64,000 nt of DNA, taken from Octopus sinensis. Lineage: Eukaryota. Where the stretch lies: positions 45,384,001 through 45,448,000 of the forward strand of contig NC_043001.1 in assembly GCF_006345805.1 (NCBI RefSeq), given 5' to 3'. The notes beneath the pieces are model-generated. The model did no database searches and was not told the origin of the DNA. It saw nothing but the letters and a program-made list of their open reading frames with translations. This document shows positions 13,403 through 26,022 of the stretch, one piece after another (the first letter of the stretch is position 1; each line of letters opens with the position of its first letter). The translations under genes were made by a program, and so were the position numbers.

Positions 13403-13944
13403 GCCTCTTGCTACTCTGAGTCTCACCTGTAGATACACAGAAACGTCAGACAAACTGTGACTTGACATTTTCATTCATTACCTCTAATATTCATTATCTG
13501 CTTATTCCAAATTGTATACTTGAAACATTTGTTCCCTCTTCTTTTTCTTTTCCTATTTCTTCCTTTTTCTTTTCCTATTTCTTCCTTTTTCCTATCCTTC
13601 TTTTTCATTCTTTCCCATTTTTTGTCCTTTCCTTTTACCTGGTCTTTCTTTTGCTCTCCTTTTTCTTCTTTCCCCTCTTCTCCCTCCTCCTCTTCATTTT
13701 ACCCGCCTTTATTTTTATTTTCCTTTTAATTACTCTCCTTTTTTTCTCTTCCTCTTTTTCTACTTCCTTCCTTCCCTTCCATTTTCCTCATTTTTACCTC
13801 TTTAACAAACTTTTTTTCCCCCCACTATCACACCCTTTGACTAGAAAACTATAACTATATATGTGCAAACTCCTTCAATTTTCCAGTCACTACTTGTTTT
13901 AAGATCCTGTGTGCCTACAACTGAAACTCAGAGTAGCAAGAGGC
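13403..13944. repeat. 38-bp inverted repeat pair flanking a polypyrimidine tract (MITE or PLE-associated)
   Basis: 13403-13440 versus the reverse complement of 13907-13944: first 19 nt identical, 5 mismatches in 38. The interior 13530-13820 is C/T-rich. Confidence 0.6.
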
Positions 13945-15849
13945 AGATAATCTAAAATAAAATATATAAAATATACACATGCATATAAGCACACACACAC
14001 ATTTATTTCTTTAGTTGTACTTGTTTGGCAAGTAATTTAATCAAAAATCATGTGTTGGAACTAAAACAACTGCATCATCATAGAGCTATTGTAGCTATTA
14101 AAAACTTATATTCACTTTTACTTTTGTATACGTACCCAATAACAAACCTATTGCAAAATAATAATACAGTAGGCTAGAATAAATAGTATATTTAGTAACT
14201 ATAGTGACAACTATGATGTAATTGTTCTAGATATCATTTATTTGATTTATGTCTGCATTTACATGCTGGAAGTTACAACCAGATGCCCTTCCAGAAGCCA
14301 ATTCTTATCTTTTTTCAAGTAAGAGACTTTTTTTTCCATTGGTCTTCACAAGCACTGAGCTACAGGTCATATTGTTTACAGGGAATATAAATATATCACT
14401 GTCATATTTGCTCAAATGGTGTTATGCAAGAAAACACAGAATGTAAACATTCACACACAAACAATATTACTCAGCCTAAGCCTATAGTAGTAGACATTTG
14501 CCCAAGGTGCCATGTAGTGGGATAGAACCCAAAACCACACAATTATGAAGTGAGCTCTGGCTAATAAAAACTGTTATATTCATTAAATATTTTACACACA
14601 CACACAGAGTTCCCTAAAAATATTCTGAAGCACAAGTGTGGATAAATAGTCATTTGCTTAACATTTTAAGATCAAGGTTATGTATCATCAGTAAGTGCCT
14701 TTCTGAGTTTTCTACCATCTTCCAAAAAAAAAAAAAATGAAAAAAAAAACTGGTACCTATTTTCCACATCTCCTGAACCGAGACAATGTAAAATAAAATA
14801 GAAAATGCCTGCTGTAGATTTAAACTTATGATCTGTAGGCAAGTAGTCCAATTCTTGATCCACATTGCCTCTACCCCTGCATGTCATTGGTAATTATTTT
14901 ATCTGCCATGGCTGGATGAGAGACAGTTAGCAACCAGTAGGACTTTAAGCCAAAATACTGAAGTACATAATTAGATTAGATACAAGCATAGCACAAAACC
15001 CCTGAGACAAATGAATTCAGCACACAGGAAAAAACCCAGAGATGTGATGGCATAACTAGGTTTCAATCAACACCAACTCCACCAGCTCAATTTCTGTTAC
15101 ATGTTGGTGATGAAGTGACTTATTAAATAAAACAGATGATACCTTAGGGATGGCAAGAGCTTTCATTCATACCAAATATTCTAACAAGAAAGCTACTAAA
15201 TACCCTTTCCAGATTATGTATGAACCTACGTACACTCTTCCATCTGCCATTCACCACCATCACTACTCACCAATCCTACAGAATCTACATCTGACAGTAG
15301 TTACATGGAATTAACTTCTAAAGTTGAGATAATTGATAAAAATATTTCAGAAAGACTGATAAAACAGGATTACTAACAACATTTTTTTAATTTCATTTTA
15401 TTTAAAGAGGGTGAGTTGGGTTTAAAAAGGAAAAAAAAAAACAAGAACAGAGAGAGAAGGAAAAGGAGGAAATACTTTATTTCTTTTTTCAAAAACATTT
15501 AATATTATTTAATAGGGAAGTGATGACGTCAACACATGAGATCAGCCAACTACATAAATGCATTACAGTATTTAATTATCATTATCATTATTATTTATCT
15601 TATAATTACCAAGCATAATGAATTAGCAGAATTAGTTGAATGGTTGAAAAGATGCTTCGTAATGTTTCCTTTATTAACTGTACTCAAATCCTACCTTTCT
15701 AAGGTCAATAAAATATGTACCAGTTGAGTACTAGAGTTGATATAGTTGACTATTGCAAAGCTTGTAACCTTGTGTCTATGTTTTTGACAAATGTATTACT
15801 TAAGAAGTGATACTTGTTAGTGACGTCAGACATGTAAGTTTTTATGAAA

Positions 15850-16850
15850 CTCTTGATAGTTCTATCTACAACACTGCTATCTCTTGCAGTACATCACAAA
15901 ATTAGTTGGCACTAGATCTGACTTCAGTGGGGAATTGATAATTTAGATCAGTCTAATTTGTTAGACAGGATGGCAGTCCTAAGCCTAGCCAAATTCAATT
16001 TTATCTTCAATAATTGGATCACTCAATGTACAGTGACATCTGTTTGGTGATCCAACTAAATGGCCATACGTTCAAAGCATTTTGCATCATATACTCAGCT
16101 GGCCATCATTTCTGCATATTTTGGCACTGAAGCCACTGTTGCTGCAGAAGTTGGTCACATTACTCTTATTCAAACTGGGACACAGGAAAGCTATGCCTGC
16201 AAGTGCAGACATCACTGTCTGTGATGGTGTTAGACACATCAGAAATTGGTTGGTCAGCACCAAACTAGAATACCAGGAGGTAACAGGTGCATACATTAAC
16301 TAGGACAAGTTGGTAGGCTTGTAACTCAGCATCTAGAGAGTCAGTCTACATAGGATGATGGTTTCTATCACTGGACCCAGTAAAGGTGATAGGTTTAAAC
16401 CAAGCTTTCAATGAAGAAAAATTAGGAAGAAGCCATGAGCAGAATTTCATTCAGAATGGGTTGAGAAGCTGAAAGATCAGCAGAGGAGTTTAATGTCTAA
16501 AATCATGTTAGTAGTGTACTACAACTTGACTGTAGTACCATGTCCCAGAATATCTGACCAGATTGGAACATATATTCTTTCTTTTCATGGTTCCATTAGT
16601 CACAAGGACTTTTCTGCCAACAACTACACCTAGGAGTGTTTTCAGGTATGTTGTTGATAATGTGCAAAGAATGTGTTGGGGTTGGCACATCTGTGAGATT
16701 TCTGAAGGATGGTGATAAGTGAACAGGTGTGGTCATTATTCATGTGACATATCTTTTTGCAGATCACTTTTTGACTAAGCTTCATTCCTGGACAATGGAC
16801 AATGTAGTCAGTGGAACTCAACATTCTACAGAGAGTAGTACAAGTATAAG
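15850..16850 (-). mobile_element. Possible highly decayed LINE coding remnant
   Basis: Higher GC with short broken ORFs on the minus strand. No unambiguous motif was recovered. Confidence 0.25.
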
Positions 16851-17934
16851 TCATTATGGCCTTTTAAAAAAATCCTCATTATTGTCAGCTTTTTATATAA
16901 CAAATTGACTCAGAGAGAATGCATTGTGATATTTTTTCTTGTTTTTACACTCCTTTTTCAAATCCTATCTAACGCTCTAATGATTCTTCCAAGCCAACAA
17001 AGATATACGTTAATTATTTTCATCTTTTTATGTTCTAAGTTGAAATCCTGCCAGAACTGATTTTTGTCCTTCAGCCTTCTAGAATTACTCAAACAAGTAC
17101 CTGGTATTGATTGTAACCATCACCTACAAATTTGTTAATCTCTGCTAAGGTAGTATTGCAAGAATATTTAGCAATTAGATCACTATATCTTATGTCGTGA
17201 TTTGCTAGAATGTTACCTATTACCTACATCATAAAAAAAATCTGACCAATCAAGACTTCACATGGAACCAGCTCCCATGCTTCTTTCTGAGCCACACCAC
17301 CACTATATATTCAGCATACCTTAGCTACAAGGTAGTGGACAGCAGCTGACCCAAGTGCTGGAACAACTCAAAAGCAATGACCAGACAGCAAACAAAAGTT
17401 ACCAGAAGACAGTAGTATAACCAGCAGCTAACCACGCTGAACAAACAGTATCAGCAACACAAGGACCAGTTAACCTTTTGACTGTTGCTACTATCACACC
17501 AATCCAGGAACAATAATCTTCAAACTCTCTCAATGTTTTGTTGTTCATAGTTATGACATTGTTTTTTGTTTACAAAAAGAATAAATATTTTTTTTTTTAT
17601 CTAAAAACTCAAATAGATATCAGTGTTTTTCTTCATAAGAGTAGCATAATGCCATACTAGGGACATTATTATAAACCCACTATTTTGAGTTCATACCCAA
17701 CTAGCATCAACTTTGCCTATTGTCTTTTGGGTCCCTAACTTCTTGGAGATTTTAGGTAAAATTATACTAATGTGTCCATCTGTTTTAATTTAATTAAATT
17801 CTATGTCTTTGTGCAGCTGAGGATTGTTCTGCATTTAAATTGATATAATGGTTGCATTACTCAATTAAATGGAGTTGCGTGAAACGATCATACTGCATTG
17901 CCTCTGGATATCTTTGTTGCTTATTTTGATTATA

Positions 17935-17965
<31 letters not shown>

Positions 17966-17979
17966 GAGAGAGAGAGATA

Positions 17980-19566
17980 CAGTGAGGGGAAATAAATATT
18001 CGTACTTGTCAAAATTCTTTATTTATCCAATTTCTAATGAACATAAATGGGATATACCAATACTATATTTGCATACACATGCATAAACTAAGAATATGCA
18101 AAAGAAACTAATAAATTATAGTAACTAAGGAATTTATATACAATTATAAATATTTAGGGGTGAAAAAAGTATTCATACAGAACATAAATAACTGATAATT
18201 CTGATTTAATACTTCATAGCATAACCATTATTCAGTTCCACTTCAACTAATCTCTTATAATTCTTAATCAATGTCTTACATGTTTTTTTAGGAATTTTTT
18301 CCCGTTCTTCTTGACAAATTTTCTTCAAATCTGGAATGCACGTTGGGGTTCTTGAATGAATTTTAATTTTCAAATAACGCCACAAATTTTCAATGGGGTT
18401 CAAGTCAGGTGACTGACTTGGCCATTCTAATAATTTTATATTGTGATCGACAATCCATTTTTTGGTAGACTTCGCCATGTGCTTAGGGTCCTTATCCTGT
18501 TGTAAAACCCACCCTTCACAAAGCTGGAGCTTTTCTATAGAGTCCCATAAATTATTGTTCAAAATATTTTGGTACATCTCTGCATTCATTCTACCATCTA
18601 TCACATGTGAATTACATGTACCATTTGCAGAGAAACACCCCCACACCATGATGTTGCCACCTCCAAACTTTACGGTAGGAATTGTGTTTTTCAGCGAATA
18701 GGTGGTACCATCTTTCCTCCAAACATGTCTACGCAAATTTCATCCAAACAATTCAATTTTCGACTCGTCTGTCCATAGAACATTTTCCCAGAATGTATCA
18801 GGTTTATCTTTATGTTCATAAACAAATTTTAAACGGGCATCTCTTTGCCTTTTAGTCAACAGTGGAGTTTTTCTAGGAGAACGTGACTTCAGTTCATTCC
18901 TATGAAGTTCATTGCTGATTGTTCGTAGTGTAACACTAGTCCCTGAAGCTAACAAATCTTCTTGCAACTCCCTTCTGGTGATCATTGTGTTTTTTTCGAT
19001 TCTTCACTTCATTTTTCTTAAAGATCTAGGGGAAATCTTGCATGGTGCACTGGATCTTATTCTGTTTTCAACAGTTCCCGATTTTTTATATCTTTGAATA
19101 AATGAAGATATGGTAGAAAAATGGAATACAAAGGGTCTCTGATATTTTCCTGTAACTTTTACCTGCTTTCCATTGTTCAATAATTAAGTTTTTCACTGTA
19201 TTTGTGAGTTCTTTACTTTTCGCCATTATTACCATACTAATTTAAAGTAGTATCGTAATAATGGCGAATAATGACAACTGATAAGATTATTGGAACAAAT
19301 GAGAAAGTTCTAGTAAAAAAAATTATTTTAACAGTTTTTGTCATATAGAAAATCATAAATTTATTCTGTATGAATACGTTTTTCATCCCTAAATATTTAT
19401 GATTGTATATAAATTCCTTAGTTACTATAATTTATTAGTTTCTTTTGCATATTCTTAGTTTATGCATGTGTATGCAAATATAGTATTGGTATATCCCATT
19501 TATGTTCATTAGAAATTAAATAAATAAAGGATTTTGACATGTACGAATATTTATTTCCCCCCACTG
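17980..19566 (-). mobile_element. Full-length Tc1-family transposon (DD34E) of the IR/DR type, with TA target-site duplication
   Basis: TA|CAGTGAGGGGAAATAAATATTCGTAC at 17978 and GTACGAATATTTATTTCCCCCCACTG|TA ending at 19568. The TIRs are 203 bp (17980-18182 and 19364-19566) with about 9 mismatches by eye. The element is 1587 bp. Confidence 0.97.
18206..19226 (-). pseudogene. Tc1 transposase pseudogene (~339 aa when repaired)
   Basis: Starts MAKSKELTNTVKNLIIEQWKAGKSYRKIS (paired-like HTH). Catalytic motifs are VLWTDESKIELFG, LQQDKDPKH and SPDLNPIENLW, with 34 residues from D to E. Lesions are a +1 T in a T-run near 19117-19122 and TGA stops at 19004-19006 and 18740-18742. Confidence 0.95.
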
Positions 19567-19585
19567 TATGTGTATGTATGTAATA

Positions 19586-19630
<45 letters not shown>

Positions 19631-20156
19631 CAAACACACACAATAGGCTTTGTTTCAGTTTCCATCTCATACGGCTTTGATCAGCTATAAGTAGAAGACA
19701 CCTGCCAAATGCACTATGTAGTGGGACTGAACCTGAAATCATGTGCTTGGGAAGGAAACTTTTTACAACACATCTATACTTGCACTTAACACAGAATGAG
19801 AGCATCTACTCTTCATTATTTTAAGATAGATGGGTGCAGCAAATAAACCAGCTGATGTTAATGCTTGTGAGCTAGGTATGTTAAACATAAATACACTTAC
19901 AGTAAATAACCAGTATGGTTGTTTAAACAATCTACACTTGAATTTGTAAATAGAATAAGATTTGCACTGACTTCACCCCTTTCAACATAATAGCCTGGTG
20001 ATAGTTGGTCAACAAATAAAGTAATTTAAAAAAACCCACAGAAGTTGATTCAGGCACCTTCCTACTTGGACTCCTCATTATTACTGTTATGGTTCTTAAG
20101 CCCCAAGTCAGGGTTGATTGAGCAGATCTATAGCCAAAGTGAAGCGTATGCTCATT

Positions 20157-20388
20157 GGTTACAAGAGTGTAGAGGTAGAGGCAGGTGTAGTGCATAGTAA
20201 GTGTCGGAGATGTATGGTGGTGAAGAAGGTAGTTAGAAAGGTAATCAATGTAAAATGGGAGTGGAGAGGACAGTATAAAGAATGACAGATGGATATCAAT
20301 GGCTTTTATTTAGAAAGTGTTAAATAACTTTTCAAACAATTGTACTCTTAAAAAAAAAATTTTGTTATTGTAGAAGCAACTGGCTTGA
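20157..20388 (+). repeat. Left arm of a ~233-bp inverted duplication
   Basis: Reverse complement of 21766-21999, differing by 5 A/G substitutions plus poly-A tract variation. Confidence 0.95.
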
Positions 20389-20705
20389 GTTAGGCTCAGA
20401 ATCATGAGGTAGTAAGCTCAATTCCTGGATCAAGCTGTGTGTTGTATTCTTGAGGAAGACACTTTATTTCACGTTGCTCCAGTTCATTCCACAGTTGAAA
20501 TGAGTTGCAACATCACTTAGCGCCAAGCTGTACTGGTGTTTGCCTTTCCCTTGGATAATATCAGTGATGTAGAGAGGGGAGGTTGGTATGTATCAGCAAC
20601 TGCTACTCTTCCATAAACAATCTTGCCCAGACTTGTACCTAGAAGTGTAACTTTCTAGGTGCAATCTCATAGTCATTCATGACCAAACAGGGTCTTTACC
20701 CTTTA
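20372..20705 (+). mobile_element. tRNA-derived SINE with the same head and central domain as 52606-52850
   Basis: Shares GTTGTATTCTTGAG(G/C)AAxACACTTTATTTCA(C/T)GTTGCTCCAGTTCA with the 52606 copy. Confidence 0.7.
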
Positions 20706-21765
20706 TGGTAAAAAGCATTCCAACCCCCATCTTCCTCACATGCATTGTATGCCTAGGGCTGTAATATTTAATATAGCCATTCCATTTTTTAAAATGGTAC
20801 AGTTTAATATGAGGAAGATTTAGCTGCTATTTTTAGCAGGTCAAGCAAACACTTAAAAGCTCCCATGTTGACTTGGCTTTACAATCCTAAATTGATAAGG
20901 TGATTACAATTTTTAAAATCCCAAGTAACTAAAGAGTTTCATGCTTGTTTTTGATTTATATAACATTAAGTAGATGAGAAATTGATCTTTGACTCATGCT
21001 ATCGAATGTTGAACTGATACAGGTAGATTTTTCTCATTAAGGAATTTTAACTCAGCTTTCTAAAAAAATCACTTGCTAATTCTAATCACTACCATTGCAT
21101 ACATCAGCAACCTGTTGACACTGAAGTTCCTATATACAGCTAAGTTGTCTGGATAACTGAAAGTTAAGTGTCATGTCCCAGAACACAAGATAGTGTGAGA
21201 TGGTATGAACCAATCTTTCAGCTATATGTTTAGTAATCTATTGACTCAATTGCCCTTGTTCTCAACATAAGTTAATAAAATACAGATTAATTACTAAAAC
21301 ACCTTTTAACTACTTATGTTAGTGCAGATCATCACTGTTCTCTTTCAACTTAAGAGATTATCTTTGGTTGTTTATTTAATAAGGATTGGTGTCTTTTATA
21401 AGTTCATTCAACCAATTAGAACTGATGAAGATGATACCCAATCAGAACACTTTGTACTTATGAACATCTACAAAACACCAGTTTTATAAGAATATCATTT
21501 TTTACCACATGTGTTGATATTTCCAAAACAGATTTTACTGCTCTTCTCTTCTCTTGCATTTCACACAAATGTGCTTGTATAAATGTTTATGGTTGTACAT
21601 GTATGCTCATTCATGCTGTCCCTTGAGATGAGGCATGTAACTATTTTCTTTCAGTTCACCCAGCTGACACAAAAACATAATTTTGTTCTTGGTTCACCAT
21701 AATTAACCAATTATAACAAGGTTCCTATTCCCCCAAATCAATTGTACAATGATTTCTTTGAAAAT

Positions 21766-21999
21766 TCAAGCCAGTTGCTTCTATAATAACAATTTTTTTT
21801 TTTTTGAAGAGTACAATTGTTTGAAAAGTTATTTAACACTTTCTAAATAAAAGCCATTGATATCCATCTGTCATTCTTTATACTGTCTTCTCCATTCCCA
21901 TTTTACATTGATTACCTTTTTAACTACCTTCTCCACCACCATACATCTCCGACACTTACTATGCACTACACCTGCCTCTACCTCTACACTCTTGTAACC
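21766..21999 (-). repeat. Right arm of the ~233-bp inverted duplication
   Basis: See 20157-20388. The spacer is 1377 bp. Confidence 0.95.
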
Positions 22000-22722
22000 T
22001 ACCGAACTACACATTATCTTTCTCTCTCCCTCATATGTATCATTGGTCACTCCATCCCTTAACCCTAACTAACCTCTACAGTTTTCACCTATTCTTTCCT
22101 ATTTATCATCCTTCAACACTTGTTTCTCATTTATTATAATTGCCCCCTCACCTGTTCCCCACCTTTAATCATCTCATTTGTAAAACTCCCCCCACACACA
22201 CACACACACAGATTTGTCCCTATTCACTTCTGCTCATCTCATACCTTGAGGGTTCCCACAGACACCTTATCACTGCTGCTTTCTCTCTTTCCCCAGTCAC
22301 TGCCATCCTCTCTTCTATAATGTGAGCAGCCATGGACCATTTCTACAGCAAGAAGTCTGTCCTGTTCTCTTCTCTTCTCATACTTTAACCTCTCATCTCC
22401 TAGCATAATGTTACCTCTCAACCCAACTCAATTAAACAGGATCTTACTCTTACAAGCTGCATCATGACCTCATTAGTGTTGGTGCCATGACAAAAAGCAC
22501 TCAGAACATTCTGTAAAGTGGCTAGCATTAGGAAGGACATCAGACCATAGAAACCAGGCCAAATCAAACTTTGGAACATCAGATCCTGTGATACCATGCC
22601 AGCAAGAGATGATGACGATGACAAAGACAATTACAAAGCCAATGATTATGATGATTAACTATGATTTCAAAACTAAGTAGAGGGGGGAAATTTCTGCTCA
22701 GGTAAGATGACTGTCACAATTA

Positions 22723-23020
22723 ACATTCTAAAGAGATTTAGTACCTATTTCTAATGATATATCACAAGTAACATTTCCATGAGATTTGGAATCTATCTGC
22801 AGTAATCAATCACAGGTGACATTTCCATGAACTCTGGTATTAAGTTCAATGAATCCATTAAGATAATGTTAACAGATCTGGTACCTATCCTTAAGGATCT
22901 ATTACAGATAATATTTTCAGGAAATATGGTATCTGCTACCAGTAATTTTCAACAGGTATCATTCCAAAGAGATTTGGTACCTATTCCCAATTAGCCATCA
23001 ATGTGATAATTCTTTCAACA
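22723..23020 (+). repeat. Degenerate minisatellite, about 6 units of 45-48 bp
   Basis: The pattern TTCCA(T/A)GAGATTTGGTACCTAT...CACAGGTAACA recurs. Confidence 0.7.
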
Positions 23021-24946
23021 GCTAGTTGAACTGAAACAATGTACAATAAAGGGTTTTGTCAAGAAACACATATTTCCTGCAGCATATTTCAAATGATATC
23101 CTATAAGCAGATTTTCCAATGCAGTATGTCTTAAATCATCCAGTCTTTACAGTTGAATGAAATTACCCAATATATTTAATTATCTTAGATACTTGACTTA
23201 TCAACTTTAGAGGGTTGAAAGGTAAGACAATCATAACAGAATTCAAATGCAGAAGCAGAGTGCATACACAAAACCAGATCTAGCTTGGCCCCACTAATGT
23301 TTGCACTGACTGACTTCCACTACATTTCAGTATATTTAATTACACATGATATCTAAAGAAAAGTATAGCATGTGGTGGGTACATTAAATACACCTGGAAT
23401 GTTGTTTCATGTTAGGTGAAGCCTAAGAACATATCTAATGTGGATATTATAATTTTAAAACAATACCAAACCTGATCTGTCAGGGCAGTTCAAAATATGG
23501 AGGGAATCCAATGAGAAAGAACTTGAGCTGAAAGTGTTTAGATGATGCAATACCCAAAAACATGGACGGGAGGGGTGTTGATGGAAAAATTCATAAAATC
23601 AACACTGATATAATTTTCTAGATTTTTGGTGTTGCTTCTTTTCTTGATTTCCTTGTTTTGGATTCATTTTATGATGGTAGCATTAGTGGGATCAAATTTG
23701 GAAATTTGGGTATTTCACTTACTCTTAAAACAATTATTTATTTAATCAAATGATCTCAATACCACCACAACTCAAATCTTAATTAACCTAGGATGTCTAA
23801 GACAATCCATGCACTGAGATTTGCTCAAGAGCATAGTCTAACTGTAGTAGTCATAAGCTTTAATTCATGGTCCAAGAGTCAGTAGACCTATACTTTAATC
23901 TTCCAACTAATGTCATGCTATCAAATTTTTGATAGGTGCTGTAACTTTTATAGGTAAGCTTTGATGAATATAGACCACAATTCAACTTTAATTCCAAACT
24001 GAAACTGCTTTACATCACTAATGCTACTAATGGCCTTGAGAAAACCATGAGCATCACAACTACTGTTGTATCCCTCCTAAAATATACAGTTCTTGTACTT
24101 TGTTAAAAAAATATTCAGTATCTTCTAGAGGTAAACTCTTTTGTACACACATTTAACATATGACACATGCATGTGCATTTTATGACTAGCAGATAGGTAT
24201 AAAATAAAAGAAACAGTGTGTTATAGGAATCATTAGGAAGTTGATATAATAATGTGCGCTGTAGGAATGGTAATGTTTGATATGACCTACTATTTTGCAG
24301 AGTTGATGGTGTAATGTTAGTCCACACACATAATAAAGAAATGTCAAGTAATCTTCAATTAGGATACTAATTCAATTTAAAAACAAGAAAGTAAAGGGAA
24401 AATAAATACAACTACATCAGAGTATCATCCCTTTCATAAATCAAAAACTTCATGTTTAATAAAAGAATACTAACTGATATTCACTAATTTCTTTTAGAAC
24501 ATGATAGAGATACAATTTGAAGTGAGGAAAGATGATACAAAAAAATTATTTTATATGATCTTTAGCAATAAGGCAACATATTTCACACCAATGATGCACA
24601 CCATACACATACATACACAGGATATCAGACATAGAAATCTTAGATAATGTGGTTTGCATGCGCACGTGCACACATGCACACACACACACAGAGTCAGAAA
24701 GAAAGTCAAATACCTAAACTCATGCAGCTGTATACAGACAGCTACAAAAACAGATACACCTATACACCTACATACACACACACAACATATGCACACCTAC
24801 ACATGAACAAAAATAAACTATCTCTCCTCTCCTCTCTTTCATACATACATAGAAACAGACAAACATATGGTCACACATCTTTACAATAATACAAACATAC
24901 ATATGCACACTTACACACGAACACAAGATTTGTATTATCTATCTGA

Positions 24947-24986
<40 letters not shown>

Positions 24987-25347
24987 AACTGATAGATAAA
25001 AACAGATATACACATACGCACCCACTCACACACAAATGTGTAGAGATGTCATACCTGAAATGTTATGCCTCTAAACAGTAAGTTTCCTAGTATCTAAACA
25101 CATACATGATTATTAGTGTAAAATATTAAGTTAAAAACTTAAATGGTACAAAATGTTGAATAAATCAAAAACTACTATACAAACTCCTCATATTACTACA
25201 TTGATGTTTAAAGAAAGAAATGAACAGGATATTCATTCCTTACAGAGTGTCACGGGCTGGAAATGAAAATGGTAAAAAAAGATAAGATGAATAAGAGAAA
25301 TTATATTTTCTTCGAAAAGGAAAAGACTCCCAACATTTTTTTTTTAC

Positions 25348-25474
25348 CTGTCATTGAATGAACCCTACAGTTTCTTAGCTTATCAGCAAGCTGCAAGCAC
25401 ATGACTAGTTAGATATATATACTATAGCTATTTTGACAGCTGCACGTAGTAAGTCTAGTGTTTGGCGCCAGATA
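25348..25474 (-). other. Exon-like segment with strong splice signals; possible ATG at 25402 (MCLQLADKLRNCRVHSMT, phase 1)
   Basis: ttcttctccctttattgtttgtttctttttctacctcag|TATCTGG...GACAG|gtaaaa. All three frames are closed in the 5' part. Confidence 0.2.
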
Positions 25475-25975
25475 CTGAGGTAGAAAAAGAAACAAACAAT
25501 AAAGGGAGAAGAAATAGAGATGTGAGAAAGAGATTGGGAACTTAAACAGTCCCAGTAACAGTAGGTGTAACTAGGACTAATGAAAAAAAAGGTATAAATA
25601 AACATGATACAGCATTACCTAAAACTACACTACATTCAGAAAATGATAGCTCTATTAGCACACTTTATTATACAAGTTACTAGGATTTTAGTACAATCAT
25701 TCACACACATACATGTGTACACTCATATATTGAGCTCTTTTTATACTGATTGTTCCATTAAACCTATATATATATATAAATAAATTTAAAGGAAAAAATT
25801 GATGGGTTTTTTCTCTTATGAGGTTTTTTCACGCTAACTACTTGATAAATTCTTATGAAAATTTTATCCTATTTTTAAATTGTATATATATATATATATA
25901 TTATATATATATATATATATACACACACACAGATGAACATAAACAAGTTATATCGCTTATATCACTCTTCTCCCT

Positions 25976-26022
<47 letters not shown>

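Noticed and set aside
22050-22078. TTAGGG-like words
   Set aside because: Too short and imperfect to call a telomeric repeat.
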